A stretch of 63,902 nucleotides of DNA, filler included, from Octopus bimaculoides (GCF_001194135.2; 7 parts of 7 records of this genome joined end to end with filler, not necessarily neighbours in it), one strand, 5' to 3'. Positions 14,212 through 28,624 are shown, numbered from the whole stretch's first letter. Notes: generated by a model not told the origin, from the letters alone. Numbers and translations are program-made.

Positions 14212-15458
14212 ATACTATCTTAATTATTTCACCGAGACCGGGAGACAACTGCGAATGTATTTGAGCTTTACACTGTGGTGTACTTGCACACATCTCAGTG
14301 ATTGCCGAAGTTATGATTGAAAATTCATTAGATAAATGTACAAGATGTACACCGGAGAAAAATTAGAATAGACTAGCATGCCTTCTGGATAGAAAAAATA
14401 TTAAAACTTCCATGGTAGATACACTAATGCAAATACATTTTTTCTAACATCATCAAATTATAAAGTCTAAACCGTATCTTAGTCATCTCAGTTATGAGTA
14501 CTATCGTTCTAATTAGAATTTATTACAGTTACAAGGATAAAAGTCTAACAAAGGCTACTTTATATTTAAACTACACTACTATCCAACATCAGAATTCTGG
14601 AATTATGATGAAGAATATTTGAAAATATATAAATGATTTAAGAGATAACGAACAATAACGGATTATGGGTTTTAACTAGCCAGCAAGGGAGTCTCTTCGT
14701 ATCAGTCACCATGCGAGAAATAACTGCCAAATCTCTTTCAAATTAAGCCCTAATGTCTTTGAAAATAAGGGAAGGAACATTAGATAATTTAGTTCTAGTT
14801 GTACTTTGTCTGAAAAAGAAAAGAGGTTAGTGATCTTGTTTGGAATGCCTTTTGATCATCTTTTGTCGTAATGTCAGAAGAAAAGTATTAATTAGTTTCT
14901 TTACGTTTTTGGTTCAATTCCCGTCGACGATCACTTTGCATTTTCCACTTAATCTTGTTATATTGCCTTTTAATCCCAAGTAGTCCTTAAAGTTAAACTT
15001 AGAACGTAAGACATCAGTTGAGTGTCTTGTTCCGAATATCAAATCCCGTCAAGCTCCATTTTGCTTTGTTATCCTTGCAACTTCAATAGAATATGTGCGA
15101 TGAGATGGGTCAACAACGATATTTTTGAAGGCGAAGTTCCGCCCAGGATGATCACAGTTGAATAACTGACATCAGTAAAAGAATAATAGTAAAAGAATAA
15201 TAGACAATTTTTAGTTTAGATTAAAATTAACAGCTTTATAAAAATTGGAAGGCATTTAAGCAGCACGTGGTGAACTTACTATATGGATATTGATAATGTT
15301 GAAAGTGATATGACAAAGAAAAAAGTGTGTCTTACTTTAGGGCAGACAACTTGACGTAGTATATAGTGTAAACATGTAAACATACAAACGTCGTCACTGT
15401 TTTTTCGAATCCTGCTACATACAAATTTTGGCCATCGCATTTTTCTATAAATTTTGAT

Positions 15459-16380
15459 CTGGAAGAGAGTCAAAGCAGCAGGAGTTGATGAAATCCCACA
15501 AGAGATGTGGAAGCATGAGGGCCCATCATTACATACAAAACTCCGCCATCTTTCTGTCTGTTGCTGGATGCATGGCAAACTGCCACAAGTTCTACGCGAT
15601 ACAATTATTTTCAACCTGTACAAGAACAAAGCGGTAAAGTCAGACTGCTCTAAGTACCTAGTTATTACTCTGTTCTCAATCGCTGCACAGGCTGGTAATC
15701 ACCATCGCTTAAGAATACCTTCCAGAGAGCCAGTGGGTCTTCAGATTCAACAGAAATACCTCAGACATAACGTATTTTCTCAGACAGCTTCAAGAGAAAT
15801 TTCGGGTGAAAAAGCAAAAGGCTTAATGTAACTTCCGTTGATTTGACTAAAACGTTCAACACAGTGAATAGGAAAAGAATTTGGAAGATAATGGAAGGAC
15901 TCAGCAGTGGCCTGTTAGAAATCTTCTTGATCACCAACGGAGTGAAGCAGGGTTGCGTCCCGGCACCAACTGTTTTCACCACTTCCTTCAGTGTAATGCT
16001 GAAGTAGGCCACAGAAAATCTTGCTGATGAAGGCGGAATCTACATCAGATATCGACTTGGTGGGAGCATGTTTAATCTCAGATAAGTACAGATTCACACG
16101 AAAACTCATGAACGACTTATCTCAGACATCCTCTTTGCTGACGATGCTGCCCTCGTTGCCCAGACATGAAGAGCCTTCACTTCCGCCCAGCTCTTTGGGC
16201 GAGAAGTCAGTTTAAAGAAGACGGAGGAAATCCACCAGCCTGAAAAGTACGGTCCTTTCCACATCATCATAGGCAAGACTGAATTAAAAATGATCCATCG
16301 GTTCACCTACTTCAGATGCCTAGATCACCCTTACTTATGATACCAAGATCAACAGAAAAATCGACAACAGATTAGTATAG
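15459..16380 (+). mobile_element. Decayed RTE-like LINE reverse-transcriptase fragment
   Basis: KAAGVDEIPQEMWKHEG, VDLTKTFNTVNR, NGVKQGCVPAPTVF and ILFADDAALVA, broken by frameshifts and deletions. Confidence 0.87.
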
Positions 16381-16381
16381 G

Positions 16382-16434
<53 letters not shown>

Positions 16435-16969
16435 TATATAACAGAAACAATATTAATAGAAACAGAAGCAATATTAATAGGAAATGTTTCCAAAAATCTG
16501 GGGACTGCACGGTACATGCCTTACATATTTAATTGCAGAATCTTTCTACTTTATAGCAAAATTTTCCTGAGGTGGATTCTATCAAAAGAGACCATTGTCT
16601 TTCAACTAGATTCAAGAAACTAAGTACGTATCCAGTTGTGAGATCGATTTTGCTTCTTATGTTAAAAACCATGTTTTTCTTCTATTAATTAATTCATATA
16701 TTCACCCCTCTTATATTTTCAGTAACTAATAATCTATTTAACTCTCTCATACGCTTTCTATCGTTCACTCCCTCTCCCTCTCTCGCTCGCTCGCCCTAGG
16801 TGTATGCGTGTGTATGTGTGCACATGTGTGTAAGCATGTGTCTGTGTGCATTTCTGTTTCTGCCTTGTTATATGTGAGTGTGTGTGTGCGAATGTGTGTC
16901 TGTATCGGAAGATATAAAATAAATCGTTTTAACTATAAAATTCGAAGTAGATAAAGCCATGAATAATAA

Positions 16970-17170
16970 TGGTTTCAAATTTTGTCACAAGGACAACCAT
17001 TTGCGGGGGGACGAATCGATTACATCGACCCCAGTGTTTAACTTGTACTTATTTTATCGACCCGAAAGGATAAAAGGTAAAGTCGACCTCGGCGGAATTT
17101 GAACTCAGAACGTAGCGACGGGCGAATGTCGCTAAGCATTTCGTCCGGCGGGCTAACGATTCTGGCAGCT
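16970..17170 (-). mobile_element. SINE family A
   Basis: Homology to family A. Confidence 0.82.
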
Positions 17171-17393
17171 TTCTGCATTAAAAAGCTATAAATAATAACA
17201 TGTGTATAAAATACTGAATTAAGGAAACTCCTTGAATGAAAAATAAAAAGCAAAAAAGGCTGCTCATGAGAGATTGCCGGCAGCCTTCGACGTTTTCATA
17301 TCCAAGGATTTATTTCAATCCAATATTTTATGCACAAGGTTGATTTTATAGCTTAACCTACTTTGAGATCCACCGTTCAAACTATATGGGTCG

Positions 17394-17465
<72 letters not shown>

Positions 17466-18340
17466 GTCTGTCTGTCTGTCTGTCTCTCTACCTATCTACA
17501 CACACACACATACACACACACGCACCCCCCCCCACACACACACACAGAGACAGACTGACAGGCAAACAGAAAGCTAGACTAATGGAGCCGACGTATGTCT
17601 AGTATTTTAGAGACCATGATTTTAACTTGATATGTAATTTTCTATCCACGCCGTGTACGATAGATGGGCGTACTCACTATAACTACTTTGTATTTAGTTC
17701 ATACAGATCCGATAGAGAGATAACTTTACCAATATGCTTGTGTGTATATGTGTGTGTACGTATGTGTGTATATAAGTATGTATGTATATATGTATGTATG
17801 TATGTTTGTGTGTTTATGTATTTATGGATATATGTGTATGTATATTTCAATTGGCAATGCCCTATCTGTTTATCGGATCTACATTAACTTAGTGCAGAGT
17901 AGTCTCACTGATCCACTCGTATGTCGTCTGTCGGCTCTATTATGTGTGTACTTTTCATCTGAGTGCAGAGAATATCAGGGAAATTTAAAATTGTCCTTTC
18001 ATATTTAGACAAATCATAAATGAAAATCCAATCTAAGAAGTGTAATGGAAGGGAAATATGACAGAGAGATTGGGGCGGGGGAGATGTAGAAATAGAGAAA
18101 GAGAGCGACTAGTTATCAGTTGCTTTGAAACAATCCATAATATCATACTCAATATACAGCATAAAACTAGACGCACCAATAAGAAAACTTATACGCAGTC
18201 ATTTAACATACAGGATATAGTAGCAAAGTCACCCTACGACACGAAAAAGAGTATGTTTATGAGTGGAACACTATCTGTGGGTTTGCTCAGTAGAAGGCGA
18301 GAAATGCTTATCTTTGTCATGTACATACAAAAAGCACATT

Positions 18341-18544
18341 TACCGTATTTTAAGGTGTATAAGGGACCTGTGTGTATAAGGGACCTGTGTGTATAAGTAA
18401 GCCCTTAACATTTTAGGGGCTTAAAATTTGGAAAAAGGTTTTGTACGGGATTATAATACTATCCATGTATAAGAAACACCCATATTTTTCTAACCTAATT
18501 TTTTTTTACATAAAAGTGTTCCTTATACACGTTAAAATACGGTA
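18341..18544. mobile_element. pogo/Tigger-like MITE
   Basis: Terminal inverted repeats TACCGTATTTTAAGGTGTATAAG and CTTATACACGTTAAAATACGGTA, including flanking TA dinucleotides. No coding capacity. Internal 17-bp direct duplication. Confidence 0.75.
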
Positions 18545-19765
18545 TACATTTGTTGTAGATTTTTTAAAATTGTTTTATTAGAATTAGAAAGATTGGGTAC
18601 ACTCAGAGGTTTTCTCTGTCTTCCGAAACATTATTTCAATTCAGTCAAAGTTACACTGATTGTTTTCAATATGCGTATTAAGGCTACGACTCTTCAAGTT
18701 TTTAAGGGAGAATTAAGATTAATCGTGAATAAAAATGAAATCTATACTAGGCGAATATTAATTATACATATTTTTATTTATCTTGTGTGAATACTGAGAC
18801 AACTAAATCTACTTGCACATGTATGTGTATGTGAAAGTCTCATAAACTATTAGATACAAGTGAGTTACAAGTGACACCATTTGACGATTGCTCATTATGT
18901 ATAGTGCTCATCATGAGCAAGTCAATTAGGTGGAACGCCCTTCCTCTGTTACTCGCCGAGCAATTCGAATGTAGTACTGCCAGCAATGGAAATTGTGAGA
19001 TGTACGTTGTATCGCAGCTTCCAGTGATCTATAGCAACACATTCGACTCTTATTCATTGCTTGTAACAACTGAACTTCTGGAGGGACTTTGGATTTGGCG
19101 TGGTCGCTGATATGACCAAATATATTGTCTAGATAAGAAGCAGTGACTAGTACAGTGGTTGTAACACTATCATTTGTCGCTTACCACAAAACACGACATT
19201 CGAAACAATTGTTCCTACAATAAAATAAGTCAATGAATGAGATACTGTACTTAGAAATAGCAGCCAAATCTGCCTCAAGTCGCAATCGCTCACCCCGGTT
19301 TAAGAAAAAATTCATTTGATAAAAACGACGGAATGCTTATGACTAGAAAGCCTTTGATCATTTGTCGATTTGCTGGCCTAAAGATTTGGGACTAAAGAAA
19401 AAAAACAACAACAACAACAAAACAAAAAAAAAAGAATGTCAAGAACTTAACAACATGAATAGCAACAATCACAGCAGCAACATAGATTATAAAACACTTA
19501 AAAATATTACTCATACAGATAAGCGGTACATTTATATATCCTCACAGTCACGTCTTCTATGCACGTATTCGCATACATCTCTGAACATTCACACAGGGTG
19601 CACGAACACCCCTCTCCTTTGCAGGAGGATCTTCTACGAAACATCGGAAACTGTCCATCACATCGACATGCTAACTTTCCTGTTTTAACTATATGCTACT
19701 AAGTATATTTTTACTGATACATGCCAGGATCGCCTGGCTTTTTGCCTTGTCTTCTTTATCCAGTA

Positions 19766-20146
19766 GTGGAGGCGCAATGGCCCAGTGGTTAGGGCAGCGG
19801 ACTCGCGGTCATAGGATCGCGGTTTCGGTTCCCAGACCGGGCGTTGTGAGTGTTTATTGAGAAAAAACACCTAAAGCTTCACGAGGCTCCGGCAGGGGAT
19901 GGTGGCGAACCCTGCTGTACTCTTCCACCACTACTTTCTCTCACTCTTACTTCCTGTTTCTGTTGTGCCTGTACTTCAAAGGGCCAGCCTCGTCACACTG
20001 TGTCACGCTGAATATCCCTAAAAACTACGTTAAAGGTACACGTGTCTGTGGAGTGCTCAGCCAATAGCACGTTAATTTCACGAGCAGGCTGTTCCGTTGA
20101 TCGGATCAACTGGAACCCTCGACGTCGTAAGCGACGTAGTGCCAAA
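19766..20146 (+). mobile_element. tRNA-derived SINE, family C (full length)
   Basis: GGAGGCGCAATGGCCCAGTGGTTAGGGCAGCGGACTCGCGG head with a B-box-like GTTTCGGTTCCC; ends GACGTAGTGCCAA. Four copies in the window. Confidence 0.87.
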
Positions 20147-20487
20147 AACTTTACCCGGTAGATATATGTACATACACACTTACATATTTATAGTCTCGTA
20201 GCAAACTGTGCAATTTCTTTCACATAAACTACACCAAGAAATCATTTGTAATATCGATGATTATGATCATGATAATGATGATGAGGATACATGTGATGAT
20301 GATGGTGGATTTAATCACGATGGTATCGTTTATTTGCCATAAGTACAGCAATAACATGCTTACAATATAATGCAATATTTACAAAGTAACGCAACACGAA
20401 AAATATATTTAAAAAAAAACCCTTTATACGAGGGTGTGTATATCTATAAAAGAGTCAAGCCTAAAATATATATGTACAATTAATACA

Positions 20488-20529
<42 letters not shown>

Positions 20530-20692
20530 CACACACGCGCGCGCACGTACACACGGACACGCACTCACACACACATACACACGCGCACTCACACACATGT
20601 ACGCACGCGCACTCTCACTTTCACACACACACGAACACAATCTCACATATCCACAAATAAAACGCACACACGCTTGTTTGTGTATGTGTGTT

Positions 20693-20727
<35 letters not shown>

Positions 20728-21413
20728 CTTATGAGAGACAGACAATCAATGCGTATCTGCGCGTGCGCGCGTGTGTTAGATATAAAAGTATATTTATGTA
20801 TTTNNNNNNNNNNNNNNNNNNNNNNNNNNNNNNNNNNNNNNNNNNNNNNNNNNNNNNNNNNNNNNNNNNNNNNNNNNNNNNNNNNNNNNNNNNNNNNNNN
20901 NNNNNNNNNNNNNNNNNNNNNNNNNNNNNNNNNNNNNNNNNNNNNNNNNNNNNNNNNNNNNNNNNNNNNNNNNNNNNNNNNNNNNNNNNNNNNNNNNNNN
21001 NNNNNNNNNNNNNNNNNNNNNNNNNNNNNNNNNNNNNNNNNNNNNNNNNNNNNNNNNNNNNNNNNNNNNNNNNNNNNNNNNNNNNNNNNNNNNNNNNNNN
21101 NNNNNNNNNNNNNNNNNNNNNNNNNNNNNNNNNNNNNNNNNNNNNNNNNNNNNNNNNNNNNNNNNNNNNNNNNNNNNNNNNNNNNNNNNNNNNNNNNNNN
21201 NNNNNNNNNNNNNNNNNNNNNNNNNNNNNNNNNNNNNNNNNNNNNNNNNNNNNNNNNNNNNNNNNNNNNNNNNNNNNNNNNNNNNNNNNNNNNNNNNNNN
21301 NNNNNNNNNNNNNNNNNNNNNNNNNNNNNNNNNNNNNNNNNNNNNNNNNNNNTATATATATCGATGTAAAACTACAAAACACAAGAAAATAGAAGGCATG
21401 AAAGCAAACAAAA

Positions 21414-21468
<55 letters not shown>

Positions 21469-22334
21469 GAAGAAAGAAAGGGGAAGAAAATAGCGTTTAG
21501 GAAGAAAGGCGGAGAGAAAGAATTAAAAAAGAGAAAGAAACAAAGAAATTAACTAACGATAGAAGTAAAGTAATAAAAAAAAAACAGAAAGGAAAGCAAA
21601 ATTATTAAAGATGAATTGGTCAATGGAGGCGTCTGAATGTCGCGTTGATATACAAAGTCAAATAGAGAAGTTACCGCGTGGGAATTAATCTGTGGGTTTA
21701 TTTTTAAGAATTGGGTGGTAATTTCCACCTCTCTCTGTTCGTGGCTTCCTCCTACTCTCTTCCTTTCTTTCTCTCTTCCCCTCTCTCTTTCCCTTCAACA
21801 CATTTCTAATTGTGTTTTTGCGTGTATGTGCACGTACATATGTATGTAAATATATATGAATATATATGCATATATCTATACTCAAATATGTTGGTATATA
21901 AATGTGCAAATATATTTACGCGTGCATATATACTTTATACTTACTCTCAAACACATATATACACGTAAATATATACGTATATACGCATATGTATATAGCG
22001 TTCTTTAAGACTTTCAAATAGACTGCGACGATGCTGGAGGACCGCACTGAAGAATTTTAGTTAGGCGGATCGACCCCAGTACTTATTGTTTTACTAAACC
22101 TGGTACATATTCTCTCGGTTACTTTTGCCGAGCCGCAAGGTTACGGTGACGTAAGCACACGAACACTGATCGTCAAGTGGCGTTGGAAGACAAAAACGCG
22201 CGCACGCGCACGCACGAAGAGGTAAATAAAAAATTTAGAACAGGGAAAAACAACAAAAGTCAATTGGACATCCTCTGTAAATATATCAGACTGGCACTCA
22301 ACGAAAGCTTTAAATGGAAAAATAGGCGTGGAAA

Positions 22335-22367
22335 TGACGTTTCGAGCATAGATTATCATCGGAAAGA
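22335..22367 (-). ncRNA. Degenerate minimal hammerhead-like motif
   Basis: Minus strand TCTTT-CCGATGA-TAATCTATGCTC-GAAAC-GTC. Confidence 0.35.
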
Positions 22368-22411
22368 GGAACAAATCCAAAGAGGAAGAAGGAGCAGATA
22401 ACCCACAACAA

Positions 22412-22569
22412 ATTTCTTTCAGTTTCCATCTACCAAGTCCATTCAGAAGGTTTTGATCGGCCCGAGGCTATAGTAGAACATATCCGGCCAAGAGGTGCCA
22501 TGCAGTGGGACTAAAACCTAAATCATACAGCTGGGAAGCAAACCGCTTCCTACACAGCCACGGGTGTGC

Positions 22570-22608
<39 letters not shown>

Positions 22609-22766
22609 TAGGACGGGCTTCTTTCAGTTTCCGTATACCAAATCCACTCACAAGGCTTTGGTTGGCCCGAGGCTATAGTAGAAGACACTTGACCAAGGTG
22701 CCACGCAGTGGGACTGAGCCCGGAACCATGTGGTTCGCAAGCAACCTACTTACCACACAGCCACTC
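22412..22766 (-). mobile_element. Two tandem SINE family B 5' halves separated by (TA)n
   Basis: 22412-22563 (older) and 22612-22766 (younger) both match the family B head. Confidence 0.75.
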
Positions 22767-24906
22767 GCCGGTGTTAAAACGGGGGTAGCTGATGAAGGAA
22801 AATGTTCTCTATGTGGCTTGTGTGTTTTCTTGTCTACGTTTTGTTTGTAATGTCCTGTACCCAGATATGCACCTATACATACAGGTGGATGTCGGTATGC
22901 ACATACCTGTACGTATATATGCATATACTCATTTACTATTTNNNNNNNNNNNNNNNNNNNNNNNNNNNNNNNNNNNNNNNNNNNNNNNNNNNNNNNNNNN
23001 NNNNNNNNNNNNNNNNNNNNNNNNNNNNNNNNNNNNNNNNNNNNNNNNNNNNNNNNNNNNNNNNNNNNNNNNNNNNNNNNNNNNNNNNNNNNNNNNNNNN
23101 NNNNNNNNNNNNNNNNNNNNNNNNNNNNNNNNNNNNNNNNNNNNNNNNNNNNNNNNNNNNNNNNNNNNNNNNNNNNNNNNNNNNNNNNNNNNNNNNNNAT
23201 ATATATATATATATATATATATAGATATATATTTGTGTGTGTGTGTGTGTATGTATATATGTATATATGTATATAACTATAGATAGATAAATAGATAGAT
23301 AGATATAGAGAGAGGAAACGGGAGAGTGGGATAGACCGACAGGTATATACACTTAAAACAATGCATCAAACGCTTCCTTAAATATGCTGACATATTTACC
23401 TACCTCCAGTTACACACAGCACAAACACACACACACACACACAAACACACTCACAAACACACACACATACACACACACACACACACAAACACAAACACGC
23501 ACACAAACAAACACATAAAACACTACGGTTAATGTTTCCCTTCATACGCAGATATTTAACTACACATAGCCACACACACACACACACATACACACACACA
23601 CACACATACACACACACCACACATTCACATACACGCACACAAGAATATTTACATACACAGTAGCACACATGTGTTAACATCCAAAAATACCAACTCATTC
23701 GCTCCTCAAATGATCACCCGTATAATAATTACAACAGTGCGAGGAGCGAGCGTGCGTGAGAGAGAGAAAGAGAGAGGGAGGAGAGAGAGTGCGCGCGTGC
23801 GAGTGAGAAGTTTCCATAAGCGGTAAGAGGGAGAAAAGGAGAGAAGTGTAAGTGAAAGGGAGCGAACCATTGATGTTGATTGTGGTAATAGCAAAAGATT
23901 ATGATTATTTCTAATTGGCACAAGGCCACACATTTTGAGGAATGGTTAAAGCCAAGAGTTTAATCCCATCGCAGTCAAAGCCATTCACGTACATAGACGC
24001 ACACACACACACAGTAATTGATTAGTGTTTATTTTACTGAACTCAAGAAAATGCTAAGTTATGTTGTTTTTCTTGTTGTTTCTTAACGTTAGTTAGGTCA
24101 GCCTTGGTCGAGCAGCGCTATGATGAAATGCATATCAGCTATGAATAATCACATCGTTTCTATATCTAGAACCACATTGTTGAAGGGATTCTTACATTTT
24201 TGTTAAAAAAAAATGTTAAAAGAAAAAGGAGTGGCGTGTAACAAGTCGAACAACAACGCAGAGACTCTTTTTTGCTGTTGAGTTGTTTAGGCCCAGTTCA
24301 ACCTTAGATGAGTAAACTTTTGACCAAAGAAAGGCGTTCCAGCAATTATAATTCCGTTTATTTCATATGTACTGGAAACCTAGGACCATATTTTCTGACG
24401 TCACCTTTTCTAAGATAGTAAAATGCGAATTTAGGAAGATTTCAATGTTACTTTTAGAATGTAGAGTAACAACATTAAAGCTTTCGGCTAGCCTTATAAG
24501 TAGAAATGCGAAACTTTTAATCCTGGCGCAAAGGCTTTGCTCTCGTACATTAAGTAAATGGGCTTCACGTCAGTTTCGACAAGTAGATTAGTAGTTTGGT
24601 TAGAGTAGCTACCGTTATATAATGCACGTGGTTAATTATAACTATTAACATAATTCTCAGATACAATCCGTGTGACAGTGTAACGTTTTCTATATGAATT
24701 ACATCCTATTTGCATAATTTAGCTCTCAGTCTCAGGTCTGATCCGAGGCATTTTTGTCATGAAGACACTTGATTGGTGGATAAAACCTTAATGCAGAGGT
24801 GGACTCACAAACATTAATATATCTCATAAGTTTAAACTCGAAACTTTCCATTATGAACCAAATTTGTCATGCAAAAAGACTACGAAGTGTTTATCCGGCA
24901 GTGTAC

Positions 24907-24947
24907 TGATTCTGATGAACCTACATTAGCCGAAAGCTACGAGAATT
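24907..24947 (+). ncRNA. Degenerate minimal hammerhead-like motif
   Basis: CTGATGA-ACCTACATTAGCC-GAAAGCTA with an AGCT palindrome. Stem I poorly paired. Confidence 0.4.
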
Positions 24948-25045
24948 TGAGAACAGATTAAAATCAACGCTTATATATGAATGGACTTACTCCGATAGAA
25001 TAAGGAAATGGATAATGTTAATGGAGACTTTGTGGATGAGCTTGG

Positions 25046-25092
<47 letters not shown>

Positions 25093-25391
25093 CCAAATCC
25101 ACGGAAACGGAGAAACCACAAAACTATAGACCTATAACATGTCTCCCTACGATCTACAAAGCCTTTACTGCAATAATATCGCAGAGATTGAGTAAACACC
25201 TGGAAAATAACAACCTGTTTCCAGAAGAGCAGAAGGGATGCTGCAAGGGCTCATACGGCTGTAAAGATCAATTATTGATCAATAAAGCCATAACTGAAGA
25301 CAGCCGCAGAAAGAAGAAAGGCCTCAGTATGGCCTGGGTGGACTACCAAAAGGCTTTCGACAGTGTTCCCCAACACGTGGATTCTGGAAAC
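25093..25391 (+). mobile_element. R4/Dong-like LINE reverse-transcriptase fragment (cut by a gap)
   Basis: [55 protein letters not shown]. Starts directly after (TAA)n. Confidence 0.9.
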
Positions 25392-25743
25392 NNNNNNNNN
25401 NNNNNNNNNNNNNNNNNNNNNNNNNNNNNNNNNNNTTAATTAATTAANNNNNNNNNNNNNNNNNNNNNNNNNNNNNNNNNNNNNNNNNNNNATATTCCTG
25501 CAGAACTAATGTGGGGTATAGAATATGGAATATACAATATATAATATAATATACAATATATAATATAAAATAAAATAAAAATGGATGGCACCATGAAATA
25601 AAGTATTGAATGTAGATGAAATATTGAGTGTTCAATATAAAGGATCAAATATATAAATATATAAATATAAATATATATATATAAAGGCGACTCGAGTTTC
25701 AGGGCTATTTCCCTTCGTCATGGCCGGTATGACAATCTTTAAC

Positions 25744-25785
<42 letters not shown>

Positions 25786-25788
<3 letters not shown>

Positions 25789-25935
25789 GACGGGCTTCGT
25801 TCAGTTTCCGTCTACCAAATCCACTCACAAAGCTTTGGTCCGCCCGAGACTATAGTAGAAGGCACTTGCCCAAGTTGCTATGCAGTGGGACTGAACCCGG
25901 AACCATGAGGTTGAGAAGCAAGCGTCTTATTTCAC
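25786..25935 (-). mobile_element. SINE family B, 5' half
   Basis: Homology to family B. Confidence 0.78.
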
Positions 25936-26393
25936 GGCCTCTTCTGCGACTATATTTTTATATTACGTGCTGTTGTTTTGATAAATTTTGTCAACAGAAC
26001 CCAAACTACCAAAGCTGAATCGGAGAATTCCAACAAATAAAAGCAGCACTCTTGTGACAATTTCTACGCTGAGCAGTCATCAAGAATTGGCATCGATACC
26101 AAACTAGGTGTCGCTGTAACTAATATTCACGTCGCCATAATGTATTCTGGCGACAGTGTAGTTTCTTTCTTTCTTTCTAATTCTCTTGTTTTTTTCACTC
26201 TTCTCTTCCTCTGAAAAAGTGCGCGGCGTAGTGGTTAAGGAGTTGCATACACGATCGGATTTTCATTTCGATTCTCGAACTGAGTAGTGCACTGGCTTCT
26301 TGGTCACAACACTTCGTTTTATGTTGCTTCGGTCCACCCGGCTTTAAATGACCAGTCCTTCGGCGTATCAGCACGCTGTTCAACCGGAAAGTT

Positions 26394-26441
26394 GTGATCT
26401 CAGTAACTTATGTATTTTGATGAGTATCCTTCACCGAATGC

Positions 26442-26477
<36 letters not shown>

Positions 26478-26816
26478 ATCTATATTTCTATCTATCTACC
26501 TATCTATCTAATTTCTTTACTGCCCACAAGGGGCTAAACATAGAGGGAAAAACAAGGGATTAAGTCGATTACATCGACTCCAGTGCGTTACTGGTACTTA
26601 ATTTATCCACCCCGAAAGGATGAAAGGCAAAGTCGACCTCGGCGGAATTTGAACTCAGAACGTAGCGGTAGACGAAATATCGCTAAGCATTTCANNNNNN
26701 NNNNNNNNNNNNNNNNNNNNNNNNNNNNNNNNNNNNNNNNNNNNNNNNNNNNNNNNNNNNNNNNNNNNGTGATCTCAGTAACTTATGTATTTTGATGAGT
26801 ATCCTTCACCGAATGC

Positions 26817-26852
<36 letters not shown>

Positions 26853-27069
26853 ATCTATATTTCTATCTATCTACCTATCTATCTAATTTCTTTACTGCCC
26901 ACAAGGGGCTAAACATAGAGGGAAAAACAAGGGATTAAGTCGATTACATCGACTCCAGTGCGTTACTGGTACTTAATTTATCCACCCCGAAAGGATGAAA
27001 GGCAAAGTCGACCTCGGCGGAATTTGAACTCAGAACGTAGCGGTAGACGAAATATCGCTAAGCATTTCA
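26394..27069. other. 301-bp exact direct duplication across a gap (probably unmerged overlapping contig ends)
   Basis: 26394-26694 equals 26769-27069, including the microsatellite. Separated only by Ns. Confidence 0.85.
26870..27069 (-). mobile_element. SINE family A (also present at 26495-26694 because of an assembly duplication)
   Basis: Homology to family A. Confidence 0.8.
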
Positions 27070-27429
27070 CTCTGCATACTAACGAAAAGCATTAGAAGTT
27101 AGTAGCACGGCAAGCAGCTAACGACACTTTATCTGCTGCTGCAACTACACCAAGAACAACAGCATTCAAAATTCTCTGTTTCGTCGTTCGTGGTAGCGAC
27201 AGCATTTTTTTGTTTTTTTGCGTACGAAAAGAATGAAAATTTTGTTTATCAAAACCCTACAGATATCTGTGTTCATCATCGTACAACTGGTGATCCGACG
27301 TATGAAGGCAAGTCGACAACGAACGATGAATTCGAAAACAGAAACAACAAAAATCAAACCGACGTTTCCAGTGAATGTTATTAATTTGATGTTCGAGGAA
27401 AATTTTTGAGAGAAAGTTAAACGTAAAAA

Positions 27430-27464
27430 TACCACGTTTCGGCGCCATAACCTTTCGTCTGGTA
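27430..27464 (-). ncRNA. Degenerate minimal hammerhead-like motif
   Basis: Minus strand TAC-CAGACGA-AAGGTTATGGCGCC-GAAAC-GTG-GTA, downstream of a long pyrimidine tract. Confidence 0.3.
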
Positions 27465-28267
27465 GTTGAGGAAAGTCGAATTAAAAAGAAAAAGAGGAAG
27501 GAACAGGAGATAGGAAGGAGGATAGATTATGAAAGAAAAGAAGAGAGAAATGTAGGGAAAGAGAAGAAAGAAAGAAAGAAAAGTGTAAGAGCCACGGACG
27601 AATTATGAAGATTCACTATTAATGTTAAAAAGGTGACGTACTCCAAGGGAATTCAGAGATGTAACAACTTAGAGGAGGTAATCCTAAGGTAAAGGATATC
27701 CAAGAATTAGTCAGAAGGATGCGGAAGGTCAGCTTGAACGTGCGATGATAGGCAAATCGATAACCAACAAAGAATTTAAAGACAAAATAATAAAAATTAG
27801 AGATGTTTAGGGTGTATATGATTGGTTTGACACGACATGCTTCTATACAGTTGCGGTCTACCAAATTCACTGACAAGGCAGGGATCGAACCGGGGCTATG
27901 TCGAATGAAACTTGCTTAGGACCCTCCGCAATGTTACTGATCCCGAAGTCACAACGTTATGATCTAACTTGTCCGTTTGAATAGGAACATTCTACAAAAT
28001 CTTGCATATTTCCGAATCAAATACTCTTTCTAGTCGATGATAGTACCATATACTTCCTTCTTTAAATCATTATTTTTAACAAAACTTCTTGTCTAAAACT
28101 TTCACAGCTTGATAATGCCTCTATTTCTGGCTTGTGCCAACTTGCAACATTCAGTAACGATCTGTGAAATTGTTTCATCCCAAATTCTACGCACTGATCT
28201 ACATTTTGCTGACGGTTTCTCCCCATAAATATATTTTCTCAAGCCACTGCCTGGTACTGCATCCGGG

Positions 28268-28414
<147 letters not shown>

Positions 28415-28624
28415 GTTCGTTTTCTTCTTTCTTCAAATTTTCTTCCATTTCTTGCCGAGTGTTTTACGTACACCTAGGGCAGAGAAGCTCATTGTATGCA
28501 TTCCCAGTTTACACATGCAACTTCACAGGTAAAATATATATTAAAAAACAAATTTACTAAATAATAATAATGATAATGATGGTAATAATAATAATAACAA
28601 TTATTATTATTATTATTATTATTT

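Noticed and set aside
19766-19840. tRNA gene
   Set aside because: It has A/B-box-like sequence but no full cloverleaf, and it continues into a repeated SINE body. The same applies to the other SINE heads.
26394-27069. Recent 301-bp tandem duplication
   Set aside because: The copies are identical, including the microsatellite, and end exactly at the gap edges. This is typical of unmerged contig overlap.
27636-27670. VTYSKG resembling the aminopeptidase ISYxKG motif
   Set aside because: No upstream FD or SHPI context and no splice sites. Chance match.
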